64,000 bases of DNA from Candidatus Latescibacterota bacterium. GTDB lineage: Bacteria > Latescibacterota > UBA2968 > UBA8231. Below the pieces are notes generated by a model, which was not told the origin of the DNA, made no database searches, and saw only the letters and a list, made by a program, of their open reading frames with translations. Shown piece by piece: positions 1 through 9,342 of the stretch. Within the stretch, counting starts at the first letter, position 1. Each line of letters starts with the position of its first letter. The stretch covers positions 2,016,001 through 2,080,000 of the forward strand of contig OZ252098.1 of assembly GCA_965248355.1 (NCBI GenBank), given 5' to 3'. Both the position numbers and the translations under genes were made by a program.

Positions 1-96
1 GATCAGCCATCGTCAGAGAACGCGCCCGAACCCACAGCGGGGCCGGGCGATCCTGCTATCTTAGCCGATCCACCCCGATCCGTCCCAGGAGACCTC

Positions 97-1329
97 ATGC
101 GCTTTGACCTGTTGTTGAGCGGCGGGCACGTCATCGACCCGGCCAACGGCATCGACGAAGGCCGCGACGTGGCCATCGCCGGGGGCCGCGTCGCCGCCGT
201 GGACACCCTCATCCCGCCCGCCCAGGCGGCTCGCGTGATCGACGTGAAGGGCCTCTTCGTCACCCCCGGCCTGGTGGACATCCACGTCCACCTCTACGCC
301 ACCGCCGGCAACCCCCAGGGATGGGCCGGCGACAACAGCGTCCTGCCCGACGGCTTCAGCTTCCGCGCCGGCACGACGACCATGGTCGACACCGGATCGG
401 CCGGGTACCGCAACCTCCCCGACTTCCGCAACCGGGTCCTCGACCGCTTCCAGACGCGCACCTACGCCCTGGTGAACATCGTCGGCCTGGGCATGACCAT
501 GATGTCGGCGGAGCAGAACGTCTTCGACATGGATCCGGAGGCCTGCGCCGGCGTGGCCCGGGAGCACGAGGACGTGGTGGTGGGCCTGAAGTGCGCCCAC
601 TACATCCCCCCCGACTGGACCCAGGTGGACCGCGTCCTGCAGGCCGGCGAGCAGGCGGACCTGCCGGTCATGGTCGACTTCGGGTTCTTCAAGAGGGAGC
701 GGCCGTACTACGAGCTGGTGGGACGCAAGCTGCGCCCCGGGGACATCTCCACCCACATGTACCGCGGTCCCGTGCCCTGCGTCGACGCCGACGGCCGGCT
801 GCTCCCCTACCTGCCCGCCGCCCGCGAGCGGGGCGTGCGCTTCGACGTCGGCCACGGCGCCGGCAGCTTCTGCTTCCGCAACGCCATCCCCAGCGTGGAG
901 CAGGGCTTCTGGCCGGACTCGATCTCCACCGACCTGCACCGCAGCAGCATGAACATGGGCATGCTCGACATGCCGACGACGATGTCGAAGTTCCTCGTCA
1001 TGGGCATGCCCCTGGCCGACGTGGTGCGGCTGTCGACGGTGGAGCCGGCCCGCGTCATCGGCCGCCCGGAGCACGGCACCCTGGCCGTGGGCGCCGCCGC
1101 CGACGTGGCCGTGCTGAGGCTGGACCAGGGGCGCTACGGGTACATGGATTCCTTCGACGGCCGGCTCACGGCGGACCGGCGCCTGTCCTGCGAGCTGACC
1201 CTCAAGGACGGCGAGGTCGTCTGGGACTGGAACGCCCGCTCCGGCACCGATTACCGGGAGCTGCCGCCGACCTGCGGCGTCCGCGACCAGGAAGAGCTGG
1301 TGATGCCCCCCGCCGGCCCGGCCTGCTAG
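97..1329 (+). CDS. Amidohydrolase/dihydroorotase-like metallohydrolase (deacetylase family)
   Basis: 410 aa; PGLVDIHVH metal motif, GTTTMVDTGSAG, DVGHGAGSF, ISTDLH; GGAG SD upstream. Confidence 0.85.
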   Translation: MRFDLLLSGGHVIDPANGIDEGRDVAIAGGRVAAVDTLIPPAQAARVIDVKGLFVTPGLVDIHVHLYATAGNPQGWAGDNSVLPDGFSFRAGTTTMVDTGSAGYRNLPDFRNRVLDRFQTRTYALVNIVGLGMTMMSAEQNVFDMDPEACAGVAREHEDVVVGLKCAHYIPPDWTQVDRVLQAGEQADLPVMVDFGFFKRERPYYELVGRKLRPGDISTHMYRGPVPCVDADGRLLPYLPAARERGVRFDVGHGAGSFCFRNAIPSVEQGFWPDSISTDLHRSSMNMGMLDMPTTMSKFLVMGMPLADVVRLSTVEPARVIGRPEHGTLAVGAAADVAVLRLDQGRYGYMDSFDGRLTADRRLSCELTLKDGEVVWDWNARSGTDYRELPPTCGVRDQEELVMPPAGPAC

Positions 1330-1333
1330 GGGC

Positions 1334-2191
1334 GTGTCCGGCCACCTCCTCGGCGCCCACGTGTCGATCGCCGGCGGTCTGCACCGGGCCTTCGACCGGG
1401 CCCTGCAGGCCACCTGCGACGCCATGCAGGTCTTCAACAAGGCGAACCACCAGTGGGCGGCGCGCGACCTCGAAGCCGGAGAGCTGGAGCTCTGGTTCGA
1501 GGCGATGATGGAGACGGGCATCCAGGCGGCCTGCTCGCACAACAGCTACCTGATCAACCTGGCGACGCCGGATGCGGAGCTGCGGGAGAAGTCCTACCGG
1601 TCCTTCCGGGACGAGGTGGAGCGCTGCCACGTGCTCGGCATCCCCCACCTCGTCTTCCATCCGGGCGCCCACATGGGCTCCGGCGTCGACGCGGGAGTGA
1701 CACGGATCGCAGCCGGCTGCAACCGCCTCTTCGACGAGTGGCCGGGCAGCGACGTCGTCCTCTGCCTGGAGACCACCGCCGGCACCGGCAGCCACCTCGG
1801 CGCCCGCTTCGAGGAGCTGGCCGCGATCATCGACCAGGTGGAGAACCAGGCGATGATGGGCGTGTGCCTGGACACCTGCCACGTCTTCGCCGCGGGCTAC
1901 GACCTGGCCGGCGCCGACGGCTACGCCGGCACCATGCGGCGCTTCACGGAGACCATCGGCCTGGAGAGGCTCAAGGTCCTGCACGTGAACGACAGCAAGA
2001 CCCCCCTGGGGTCGCGGCGGGACCGCCACGAGCACATCGGCGCCGGGTGCATCGGCCCCGAGGGGTTCCGCAACCTCCTCGCCGACCCGCGGCTGCGCGA
2101 GGTGCCCATGATCCTGGAGACGCCGAAGGGGCCGGATTTGGCCGAGGACGTGATCAACCTCGAGACCCTGCGGCGCCTGGCGGGAGAGTGA
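1334..2191 (+). CDS. nfo: Endonuclease IV (AP endonuclease)
   Basis: LGAHVSIAGG, HNSYLINLA, FHPG, LETTAG, CLDTCH, HVNDSK, DRHEHIG, ILETPK motifs. Confidence 0.95.
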   Translation: MSGHLLGAHVSIAGGLHRAFDRALQATCDAMQVFNKANHQWAARDLEAGELELWFEAMMETGIQAACSHNSYLINLATPDAELREKSYRSFRDEVERCHVLGIPHLVFHPGAHMGSGVDAGVTRIAAGCNRLFDEWPGSDVVLCLETTAGTGSHLGARFEELAAIIDQVENQAMMGVCLDTCHVFAAGYDLAGADGYAGTMRRFTETIGLERLKVLHVNDSKTPLGSRRDRHEHIGAGCIGPEGFRNLLADPRLREVPMILETPKGPDLAEDVINLETLRRLAGE

Positions 2192-2203
2192 TCCCCTCGA
2201 AGA

Positions 2204-2240
2204 ACGGAGGCCCCGGACCGCCGCGGCCCGGGGCCTCCGT
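2204..2240. terminator. 13-bp GC stem-loop between convergent nfo and sigma factor genes
   Basis: ACGGAGGCCCCGG (2204-2216) / CCGGGGCCTCCGT (2228-2240); no clear U-tract. Confidence 0.55.
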
Positions 2241-2264
2241 CGAGAAGCCGTTCCGGGAAGGGCT

Positions 2265-3107
2265 TCAGTCCGCGATCTGCTCGAGGAACTGGTAGCGCTC
2301 GGGATCCCGCAGGCGGCTCAGGGCGCGCTCCTTCAACTGGCGCACGCGTTCCCGCGTGAGCCCCATGGACCCGCCGACCTGCTCCAGGGTCAGGGGCTCC
2401 TCGCCGTCGAGCCCGTAGTAGCAGCGCACGATGTAGCGCTCGCGGTCGTCGAGGGTGGCCAGCACGCCCTGGATCTGGGCCCGGGAGTCCTGCTCGGAGA
2501 CCGAATCGTCGGGCAGGCCGTTGGACTCGTCGGGGATGGTGCTCAGCAGGTTGCGGTCGTCGCCTTCCTCGAAGGTGCGGTCGAGGGAGGCCTCGGGCTT
2601 CGCCTTCAACATCGTCTCCAGCACCTCCGCCTCGGCCACGCCCAGCCTCTCGGCGATCTCGGCCACCGTCACGTCTCGTTGGTCGCCCCCGAGATGGTGG
2701 GTCGCCCTGGAGATGTCGCGCATCATGTTCTGGCGGGTCACGGGCACCCGCACGGTGCGCGTCTGGTCCGTGAGGGTCTGCATGATCGACTGGCGGATCC
2801 ACCAGACGGCGTAGGAGATGAACTTGAATCCGCGCTCGCCGTCGAAGCGGTCGGCCGCCTTCATCAGGCCCATGTTGCCGGCGCTGACCAGCTCGGCCAT
2901 GGTCAGACCCCGGTTCTGGTACTGGCGGGCCACGTCGACGACGAAGCGCAGGTTGGCCTGCACCAGCTCGTCCCGGGCTTCCATGTCCCCCCGGGTGATG
3001 CGCTCGGCCAGCTCGACCTCGCGCTCGCGCGACAGGGGCCGGGAGTCCTCGATGTCGTGGAAGTATCGACGGAGGATCTCGGCGTCCTCGTCGGTGTGGA
3101 TGACCAT
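2265..3107 (-). CDS. RNA polymerase sigma factor, RpoD/SigA family (short, no region 1.1)
   Basis: ANLRFVV, GFKFISYAVWWIRQ, TLEQVG..MGLTRERVRQLK; start MVIHTDED at 3107 with GAGGAG SD. Confidence 0.92.
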   Translation of the reverse strand: MVIHTDEDAEILRRYFHDIEDSRPLSREREVELAERITRGDMEARDELVQANLRFVVDVARQYQNRGLTMAELVSAGNMGLMKAADRFDGERGFKFISYAVWWIRQSIMQTLTDQTRTVRVPVTRQNMMRDISRATHHLGGDQRDVTVAEIAERLGVAEAEVLETMLKAKPEASLDRTFEEGDDRNLLSTIPDESNGLPDDSVSEQDSRAQIQGVLATLDDRERYIVRCYYGLDGEEPLTLEQVGGSMGLTRERVRQLKERALSRLRDPERYQFLEQIAD

Positions 3108-3247
3108 AGGGCTCCTCGTGGATGCAAGGGGACGGTCGGCCCCCGGGATTCGATAGAACATCCACATCCGCGGTGATTTCGCAACCGCCGGGCAGATCCG
3201 GCCTCCCACGCTTGCAGGCGGGGGAGGCGGTCCAACGCGGGCGCCGG

Positions 3248-4414
3248 TCAGGCGCGGCCGAGACGGCGGTCCTCGACCTGCAGCCACTCCTGGTAGGGGC
3301 GGGGCCTCTCCGCCGGCTCGTCGAGGCCGGCCGCCTCCCGCCAGGCCACCAGCGGGTGGCCCCGGTCGGCCTGGGGCAGCTCGACCTCCCGGCGGTGGGC
3401 ACCGGACTCGAAGATGCCCATGAGGATCTCCATCACGTGGCGGCCCTCGACGCCGCTGCACTCGTGGTCGCGGCCTTCGTCCAGGGCGCGCACGTACTCG
3501 TCGGCGTAGTTGTAGTCGGCCTCCGTGGACGGGCCCTCCGGGTCGTAGTGGTCGGGGAGGATGTTGTCCAAGCGCTGCCACTCGACGCCGGAGCCGGGGA
3601 CATCGTGCGGCGTCGGCAGCAGCCAGGCCGTGCGCATGTTCCAGAACAGGCGGCCTTCCTGGCCGTACACCTCCAGGCAGTACCCGGTGGAGTCGACCAC
3701 GGGGAAGCGGTGCTGCACGAGGACGCCGGTGACGCCGTGTCCCTCGCAGGGATCGAAGCGCAGATTGGCGGTCACGTGCTCGCCGGCCACGATGCCCATC
3801 CCCGAGGCGGCCGGGACCACGTCCTCGGGAGTGACGGGGCGTCCCCCCGTCAGCGCCGTGGCCTGCACGCCCCGGCAGTGACCGGCGAGGCCGATCATGT
3901 TGTTGAGCATGTGGGTGCCGATGTTCATCAGGCCGTACCCGGCGTAGTAGCCCTTGCAGCTGCCCAGGAGGAACCGGGGCGTGCCGATGGCGCCCTCGTC
4001 GAAGGCCTTCTTCAACGCCCGCATGGCCCCCCCGGTGCGCCCCTGGTGATGGACGGCGATGCGCACCCCTTTCCGGGCGGCCAGATCGATGACCCGGTCG
4101 GCCTCGTCCAGGGCCTGGCACATGGGCTTCTCCACGTCGATGGAGACCCCGTGCTCGAGCACGCCCATGGACAGCGGGTAGTGGAACTCCGTGCCCGTGG
4201 GGATGGCCACGATGTCCGGGGACTCCTGCTCGATCATGCGGTGGTAGTCGTCGTAACGCGCCGCCACGCTCAGCTCCGCGCCGAGCTCCTCGAGCCGCTC
4301 CGGCACGAGGTCGCAGAGGGCCACGACCTCGGTACGAGGATGCTGGAAATAGGCGCGTCCCGCCGCTCCGCCGCGGCCGCGGCACCCGAGGATGGCTACC
4401 CGGTAGGTCTTCAT
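3248..4414 (-). CDS. Gfo/Idh/MocA family oxidoreductase
   Basis: VAILGCRGRG Rossmann start, VEKPM, NIGTH motifs. Confidence 0.88.
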   Translation of the reverse strand: MKTYRVAILGCRGRGGAAGRAYFQHPRTEVVALCDLVPERLEELGAELSVAARYDDYHRMIEQESPDIVAIPTGTEFHYPLSMGVLEHGVSIDVEKPMCQALDEADRVIDLAARKGVRIAVHHQGRTGGAMRALKKAFDEGAIGTPRFLLGSCKGYYAGYGLMNIGTHMLNNMIGLAGHCRGVQATALTGGRPVTPEDVVPAASGMGIVAGEHVTANLRFDPCEGHGVTGVLVQHRFPVVDSTGYCLEVYGQEGRLFWNMRTAWLLPTPHDVPGSGVEWQRLDNILPDHYDPEGPSTEADYNYADEYVRALDEGRDHECSGVEGRHVMEILMGIFESGAHRREVELPQADRGHPLVAWREAAGLDEPAERPRPYQEWLQVEDRRLGRA

Positions 4415-4460
4415 GCTGTTCCCTTTCAACGACTGGGCGATCGCGGATGGACCGCCTGCG

Positions 4461-5201
4461 TTACGAGTCGAGGTCGTTCAGCTGGGCGCGGCGCCAGTAG
4501 GTCTTCAACTTGGACCGCACCCATTCGAGGGGCGTCAGAGTCAGCGCGTTGTAACCGCCCCAGGTCCAGCGCAGCGGCCACGAGCGGCGACGAATGAGGG
4601 GGCGGATGAGCTTCTCCCGCTCCCGGGTGACCAGAGGCAGGCGGTGGCTCAGCCGCGAGAGGGCGTGCTCGTAGGCGCCGGTGACGAGGTTGCGGGCGTG
4701 GCGGATCAGCTTCTCGGGCTGCATCACCGTCACCCGCGGGCAGAGCATGCCGCTTTCGCGCCGGACGAAGCGGCGGATCCACTCCTCCGGCACCTCGCCC
4801 CCGTGACGCTGCGCGGCTTCGCGGATCGTGTCGGGATTCATCACCGCATAGGTCCGGCAGATCAGCGGCCTCACCGCGTAAATCGTGCAGCCGCGGTCCG
4901 GCCCCAGGAAGGGGCAGCGCCGGGGCCGCTCCTCGGTGAAGGTCAGCAGCTCCCTCTGCCGTTCCTCGGGGAAGGTGGAGCGGACGTGATCGACGATATG
5001 GGCGTATTCCGCCCGGTAGAGGGGGAACATCGTCGCGTAGCCCTCCTCCATCTCCTCCTCGGTCAGCTCGCAGCACTCCCCGGAGTTGGCGCAGCAGGTG
5101 GAGGGCACCTGCTCGTAGAGAGCCTCGAGCTCCCTGGCAAGGGAATCGAGCTGCTCGCGGGAGAGGGCCTCCGTGGCCGGAGGAGGGGCCGATGCGCTCA
5201 T
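4461..5201 (-). CDS. YkgJ-like cysteine-cluster (putative Fe-S/Zn) protein
   Basis: CCANSGECC ... CPFL ... CTIYAVRPLICRTY pattern; start uncertain. Confidence 0.75.
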   Translation of the reverse strand: MSASAPPPATEALSREQLDSLARELEALYEQVPSTCCANSGECCELTEEEMEEGYATMFPLYRAEYAHIVDHVRSTFPEERQRELLTFTEERPRRCPFLGPDRGCTIYAVRPLICRTYAVMNPDTIREAAQRHGGEVPEEWIRRFVRRESGMLCPRVTVMQPEKLIRHARNLVTGAYEHALSRLSHRLPLVTREREKLIRPLIRRRSWPLRWTWGGYNALTLTPLEWVRSKLKTYWRRAQLNDLDS

Positions 5202-5265
5202 GTCGAGAAGATGTCTCAAGGGCGGAGCGGGGGCAAACCACCCCGGGCGGGAGCGCCGGCGCCGG

Positions 5266-5735
5266 TCACCGCCGGGGAATCCCCAGTTCTTCACACAGCA
5301 GCTGCTGCGCCCCCGCCCGGATGAGCCGCTCGCTCTCCGGGGCGATCATCCGGACGCTCGGGTAGACCTTGCAGGCCTGGTCGATCTCGTAGCCGCCACG
5401 CTCGTACTCGTCGGCCGTGGGCACGTACCCGATGCAGCCGTTGGCATAGCCGCAGAGCATCAGGGGCGCCCCGCACTCGCGCTCCAGGTCGAGCTGGTAA
5501 CGGACGAAGATCTCCCCCTCCATCCCCAGCAGGACGAGGGGGCCGAGCCGCAGGCCGTGTCTCGAAGGCCTGCGTCCCTGCGGGGCGGTCCAGGCCGGCC
5601 TCGTCGAGCCACTGCCGCGCCCAGAGGATCGTGGACGCCCGTGGCGCCCGAGCGGCGCCCCCAGTAGCCGCCCATGTGGATCCCGGCCGGCGGCGTGATA
5701 TCCTCCCGCGCCCAGCCGGCGCACAGCCCGGTCAT
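5266..5735 (-). pseudogene. Internally deleted, frameshifted neutral-ceramidase-like hydrolase gene
   Basis: N-terminus [26 protein letters not shown] and C-terminus GEIF..GYANGCIGYVPT.DEY.RGGYE lie in different frames with the central part missing. Confidence 0.7.
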
Positions 5736-6142
5736 CGCTCACGCTCCCAGCCGGATGGCAGCAGGATCAGGTCGACGCCGTCCGCCGCGGCGTCGTGCAG
5801 GGCCCGCAGATCCTCACTCCGCAACCGGATCGAAGGTGGACGGACGGGCCTCCAGACCTCGGCCGCGTACAACAGCAGTCCTTCGGAGAACAGCAGGGCG
5901 GCTTCTTTCGTGCCCTCGGAGACGAGGTAGTGCTCCCAGTCGAAGGACCCGGGTTCGATCCGGGCGAAGGGATCGGCCCGGCGATGGCGGCGCAGCCTGG
6001 CCGTCAGCCGCTGCCGAAGGGGGGTGCCCACGTCGACGGAGTCGGAGATGACGGGGCACTGGCGCAGAACGGCGGCGCCGTGCTGCAGCCGCAGCTGTCT
6101 CGCCGATCCGTCGAGGAGGAGGTAGGGGCGGTCCGCCTCCAT
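5732..6142 (-). CDS. Degenerate L,D-transpeptidase-like protein; signal-peptide-like in-frame extension to about 6280 lacks a canonical start
   Basis: PYLLLD..RQLRL and [16 protein letters not shown] parallel the neighbouring YkuD protein; catalytic HxxxC absent. Confidence 0.55.
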   Translation of the reverse strand: MEADRPYLLLDGSARQLRLQHGAAVLRQCPVISDSVDVGTPLRQRLTARLRRHRRADPFARIEPGSFDWEHYLVSEGTKEAALLFSEGLLLYAAEVWRPVRPPSIRLRSEDLRALHDAAADGVDLILLPSGWERER

Positions 6143-6296
6143 CAGTTGCAGCCAGCCCCTGAGCGCCCCGTTGATGCGGCCGAGGTCTTCGGAAGCCTGG
6201 ACGCGGCCAGCGGGGTTCCAACCGAGGACGGCTGCCGCCGCCAGGACGGCGACGAGGCCGGATCCGGACCCCCAGCGGTCCCCGCGGAGGGGCGGT

Positions 6297-6929
6297 TCAG
6301 AAAGCGTAGACCGGCCAGCCGGTCTGCACGCGCTCGAAGAGATAGCTCAGATCCTCGTCGCCCACGCGGACGCATCCGTGGGTGATGTTCCTGCCCAGAT
6401 TCGTCTCGTACAGCGTCCCGTGGATCATGTAATCGGGAAGGAAGTAGAGGGCGTAGCGGCCGAGAACTCCTCGCTGGAATCGGCGGCGGTCCTCGGCGAA
6501 GATCGGCACCTCCTCTTCCGACTCCAGGAAATGCCACGAGGGCCTCGTCCACAGCGGATCCTCGACCTTGCGCAGCACCCGGAAGCGGCCCGTGGGAGTG
6601 GCGAAGACCCACTTGTGCCAGGACTTTCGCCCCTCGAAGCGCCGGGCCGCACCGGTGGAGCACACCGCCCGGTGCTCCACCTGGTGGTCGGTGTCCCGCA
6701 CCAGGAGCAGATTGGCGCGCGTGTCGATTATCACGTAGGGCGTGGACATCCGGCCCTGGGAGGCCACGCGGGAAAGGAGGCTGCGATGCTCCCGGATCAG
6801 CCCGGCGGGCGATTCCCCTGTCCCGCCGAGAGCACCCCCGGTGGCACTCTCGGCCAAGGCGCGGCCCTGGAAGGCCGCCAGGACGACGAGGATCAACTCC
6901 AGGAGGGGGGTTCTGGCCTGAGGGGGCAT
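6297..6929 (-). CDS. L,D-transpeptidase (YkuD/ErfK family), secreted
   Basis: ATPTGRF, YMIHGT ... THGCVRV catalytic motif; N-terminal signal peptide. Confidence 0.92.
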   Translation of the reverse strand: MPPQARTPLLELILVVLAAFQGRALAESATGGALGGTGESPAGLIREHRSLLSRVASQGRMSTPYVIIDTRANLLLVRDTDHQVEHRAVCSTGAARRFEGRKSWHKWVFATPTGRFRVLRKVEDPLWTRPSWHFLESEEEVPIFAEDRRRFQRGVLGRYALYFLPDYMIHGTLYETNLGRNITHGCVRVGDEDLSYLFERVQTGWPVYAF

Positions 6930-6933
6930 CCGC

Positions 6934-6975
6934 AAAAAAAAGGACGGCCGAAGAGGATCACCCTCTCCGGCCGTC
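6934..6975 (-). terminator. Rho-independent terminator between lipoprotein and L,D-transpeptidase genes
   Basis: Minus strand GACGGCCGGAGAGG-GTGAT-CCTCTTCGGCCGTC followed by C and T8. Confidence 0.85.
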
Positions 6976-7028
6976 GAGTTGCAGGGCACTCGACCCGAAG
7001 TCGAGGATCCCGGTGCGGCCTGGCTGGA

Positions 7029-7679
7029 CTACATGCCCATGCCGCGTTCGTACCAGGGCGTTCGCTCCTCGACCAGCTGGTGATACCGAGCCACGGCCTG
7101 GTCGATGCCCTCGCTGACGGCTTCGACCTTGCTCTTGGCGTCTCCGGCCTTGGAGGTGGCCATTTCGAAGTCCTCGCCGGAGACCGCGGCCCTCGCCGCG
7201 CCCAGGTCGGCGTCGGCGGCGTCGAGATCGGCGCCCAACTGCTCGATATCGGCCTCGGTCCCCTTGCCGGCCGGGGCCCCTTCCAGGCTGGCACGGACGC
7301 CCTGGATGGCCATGGAAGCGTCGGCGATGGCGGACTCGGCGTCCGCCATGGCTTGAGCCTTGGCGGCCTCGGCCGAGGAACGGGCCATGTCGGCCTTGGA
7401 CTTGGCGGAAGCGATCTGGGGGACCACCGATTCCCAGTCCTTGAACAGCATCTTCTCCGCCTCTGCGTCGAAGGCGGTCTTCGCGTCGTCGTAGGCCGAC
7501 TGGGCAGCGGACAGATCGCTGCCGGCGTACTTCCGGGCATCGGCGGCGTCAGCCGCGTCGAGGGCGGCCTTGGCGGCGTCGAGATCGGCCTGGGGCGGCT
7601 CACCCCCGCAGCCGATGAGGGCGACGACGGCGAACAGGCCCGCAGCCCGCAGGGTGAGAGACCGTGCTGCCCGCATCAT
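7029..7679 (-). CDS. Ala-rich helical lipoprotein (DUF4398-like repeats)
   Basis: Lipobox LIGC; PPQADLDAAKAALDAA..ADARKYA..DL..AQ.AY pattern; heptad-rich. Confidence 0.75.
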   Translation of the reverse strand: MMRAARSLTLRAAGLFAVVALIGCGGEPPQADLDAAKAALDAADAADARKYAGSDLSAAQSAYDDAKTAFDAEAEKMLFKDWESVVPQIASAKSKADMARSSAEAAKAQAMADAESAIADASMAIQGVRASLEGAPAGKGTEADIEQLGADLDAADADLGAARAAVSGEDFEMATSKAGDAKSKVEAVSEGIDQAVARYHQLVEERTPWYERGMGM

Positions 7680-7732
7680 GATAGCCTCCAGACCGTTTCG
7701 TTGCATGAGAGTTGTCGTAACTGACGGTCGGG

Positions 7733-7762
7733 AAACTACATATAGGCTCCCGCGATTGTCAA
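7733..7762 (-). promoter_or_regulatory. Sigma70-type promoter for the lipoprotein gene
   Basis: Minus strand TTGACA-N18-TAGTTT in an AT-richer intergenic stretch. Confidence 0.55.
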
Positions 7763-7783
7763 GCCAAAAGCCGGAACCGTCGT

Positions 7784-8068
7784 CTAGCCGTCGGTCGGCG
7801 TCGAGGCCATCCGTTGCCGGCCTCCCTCCACCTCGGATTCGGGTCGTTTTGGGCGCTCGCCAGCGGGCTCCGGGCGGGCCGAATCCTCCTGGCGTCTCTT
7901 CGCCAACTCCCTGCGGGCGGCTTCCATGCGGTCTCGAAGCTGCTCGCCCGAGCTTCGGGCACTCTCCAGTCGCGGCTCCAGGGCTCGGCGGTAGCGCAAG
8001 TAGTCGACGACGACCTGCGCGGCGATGAACAGACAGCCCACCGCGAGCAAGGCGGTTACCCATTCCAT
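7784..8068 (-). CDS. Small membrane-anchored coiled-coil hypothetical protein
   Basis: N-terminal TM helix followed by charged helix, 94 aa. Confidence 0.55.
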   Translation of the reverse strand: MEWVTALLAVGCLFIAAQVVVDYLRYRRALEPRLESARSSGEQLRDRMEAARRELAKRRQEDSARPEPAGERPKRPESEVEGGRQRMASTPTDG

Positions 8069-8072
8069 CGGT

Positions 8073-8288
8073 TTACCGGTCCTCCCACGCGTCGATCACC
8101 TCCGGCTCGCCGCCATCCTCGTCTTCACCCCCGTCATCACCCTCGTCGTACACCCAGCCGCAGGACCGGCACAGGGGACCTTCCCCCCTGGGAGAGCCGC
8201 ACTCCGGGCATCGCGCCTGCCGTGGAACCAGGTAGTAGACGACGACGACCACGATGAGAAGGGCGGCGAAGGCGGCTGAGACCAGCAC
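8073..8288 (-). CDS. Small membrane protein with zinc ribbon and acidic tail
   Basis: TM segment, CPEC-x9-CRSC, D/E-rich C-terminus; start uncertain. Confidence 0.6.
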   Translation of the reverse strand: MLVSAAFAALLIVVVVVYYLVPRQARCPECGSPRGEGPLCRSCGWVYDEGDDGGEDEDGGEPEVIDAWEDR

Positions 8289-8404
8289 GACGCGGGAATC
8301 ACTATTGGGTAGAGGCGGTCGGCCGCCGTCTCCGGGGAGGCGGGGACGGTCCGGCGGCGCGGAGGGATCCGGGATTTGACGGGAAGAACGGGGCGGGGGC
8401 GGTA

Positions 8405-8434
8405 AATATACCCGCGCGGCCCTCGGAGCGTCAA
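8405..8434 (-). promoter_or_regulatory. Sigma70-type promoter
   Basis: Minus strand TTGACG-N18-TATATT. Confidence 0.6.
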
Positions 8435-8468
8435 GCAGCAGACCGCCGCGGCCCCCGCAAGAGGCGTC

Positions 8469-9320
8469 TCAGGAGCGCCGACGACGACTGACTCTGCGGA
8501 TCTCGCGGCGCCGCCGCCAGCGGCTGGGCTTGAGACGCTGGCTGCGCCCCAGGGGGACCAGGATGGCGCCCTCCCGGGCCAGCTCCTCGAGGACATCGTT
8601 GAGCAGGTCGGGACGGTTTGTGGCCACGCCCTGCACCCCCATCTGGACCACGTCCCGCAGGACCACCTCCTCGTCCACGGTCCAGGTCCAGACCGTCAGT
8701 CCGCGCTTGCGCACCTCCTCGAAGAAGGCGGGGGTCAGCGTCGCGTGCCAGATGTTGAGGATGTTGGCGCCCAGGGAGAGGACCTCGCGGACCATGCGCC
8801 GGGCCCGCATCCGGGAGGGAGAGGTGGGCAGGTTGCCCACAAGCAGAGCCGTGGGAGCGGCCGGATCGATCGCCTTCACCCGCCGGAGGGTCTCGGAGGA
8901 AAACGACTGGATGACGACCTGGTCCGCCACGACCAGATCGTCCACGACGCGCAGGACCGCCTCGGCCAGGTGGTCGGCCTTGATCTCGATCACCACCAGG
9001 GCCCGGCGCCGCATCAGGTCGAGGACCTCGGCCAGGATCGGCACCTTCTGGCCGACGAACTCCGGGCCGAACCAGCCGCCGGCATCCGCCTCGCGGACCT
9101 GCTCCAGGGACATCTCGTGCACCGGCCCCTCGCGGTCGGTGGTGCGGTCCAGGAGCGGATCGTGGAACACGACGAGGGCGCCGTCTCGGGTGGAGCGCAC
9201 GTCGAGCTCCACGGCGTCCACCCCGACCTGGATGGCGCGCTCGAAGGCGGCCAGCGTGTTCTCCGGAGCCAGACCGGCGCCCGAGGCCCCGCGGTGGGCG
9301 ATGCGCACGGGATGAATCAT
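8469..9320 (-). CDS. Glycerophosphodiester phosphodiesterase
   Basis: IAHRG, APENTLAAF, VELDV, VVFHD, IEIK, WTVD motifs. Confidence 0.93.
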   Translation of the reverse strand: MIHPVRIAHRGASGAGLAPENTLAAFERAIQVGVDAVELDVRSTRDGALVVFHDPLLDRTTDREGPVHEMSLEQVREADAGGWFGPEFVGQKVPILAEVLDLMRRRALVVIEIKADHLAEAVLRVVDDLVVADQVVIQSFSSETLRRVKAIDPAAPTALLVGNLPTSPSRMRARRMVREVLSLGANILNIWHATLTPAFFEEVRKRGLTVWTWTVDEEVVLRDVVQMGVQGVATNRPDLLNDVLEELAREGAILVPLGRSQRLKPSRWRRRREIRRVSRRRRS

Positions 9321-9342
9321 CGCGCTCCCGGCCGGCCCCGGC

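Noticed and set aside
2265..4385. Apparent 706-aa sigma factor
   Set aside because: The upstream part is an off-frame read of the oxidoreductase; a good SD and ATG lie at 3107. A short RpoD without region 1.1 is not unusual
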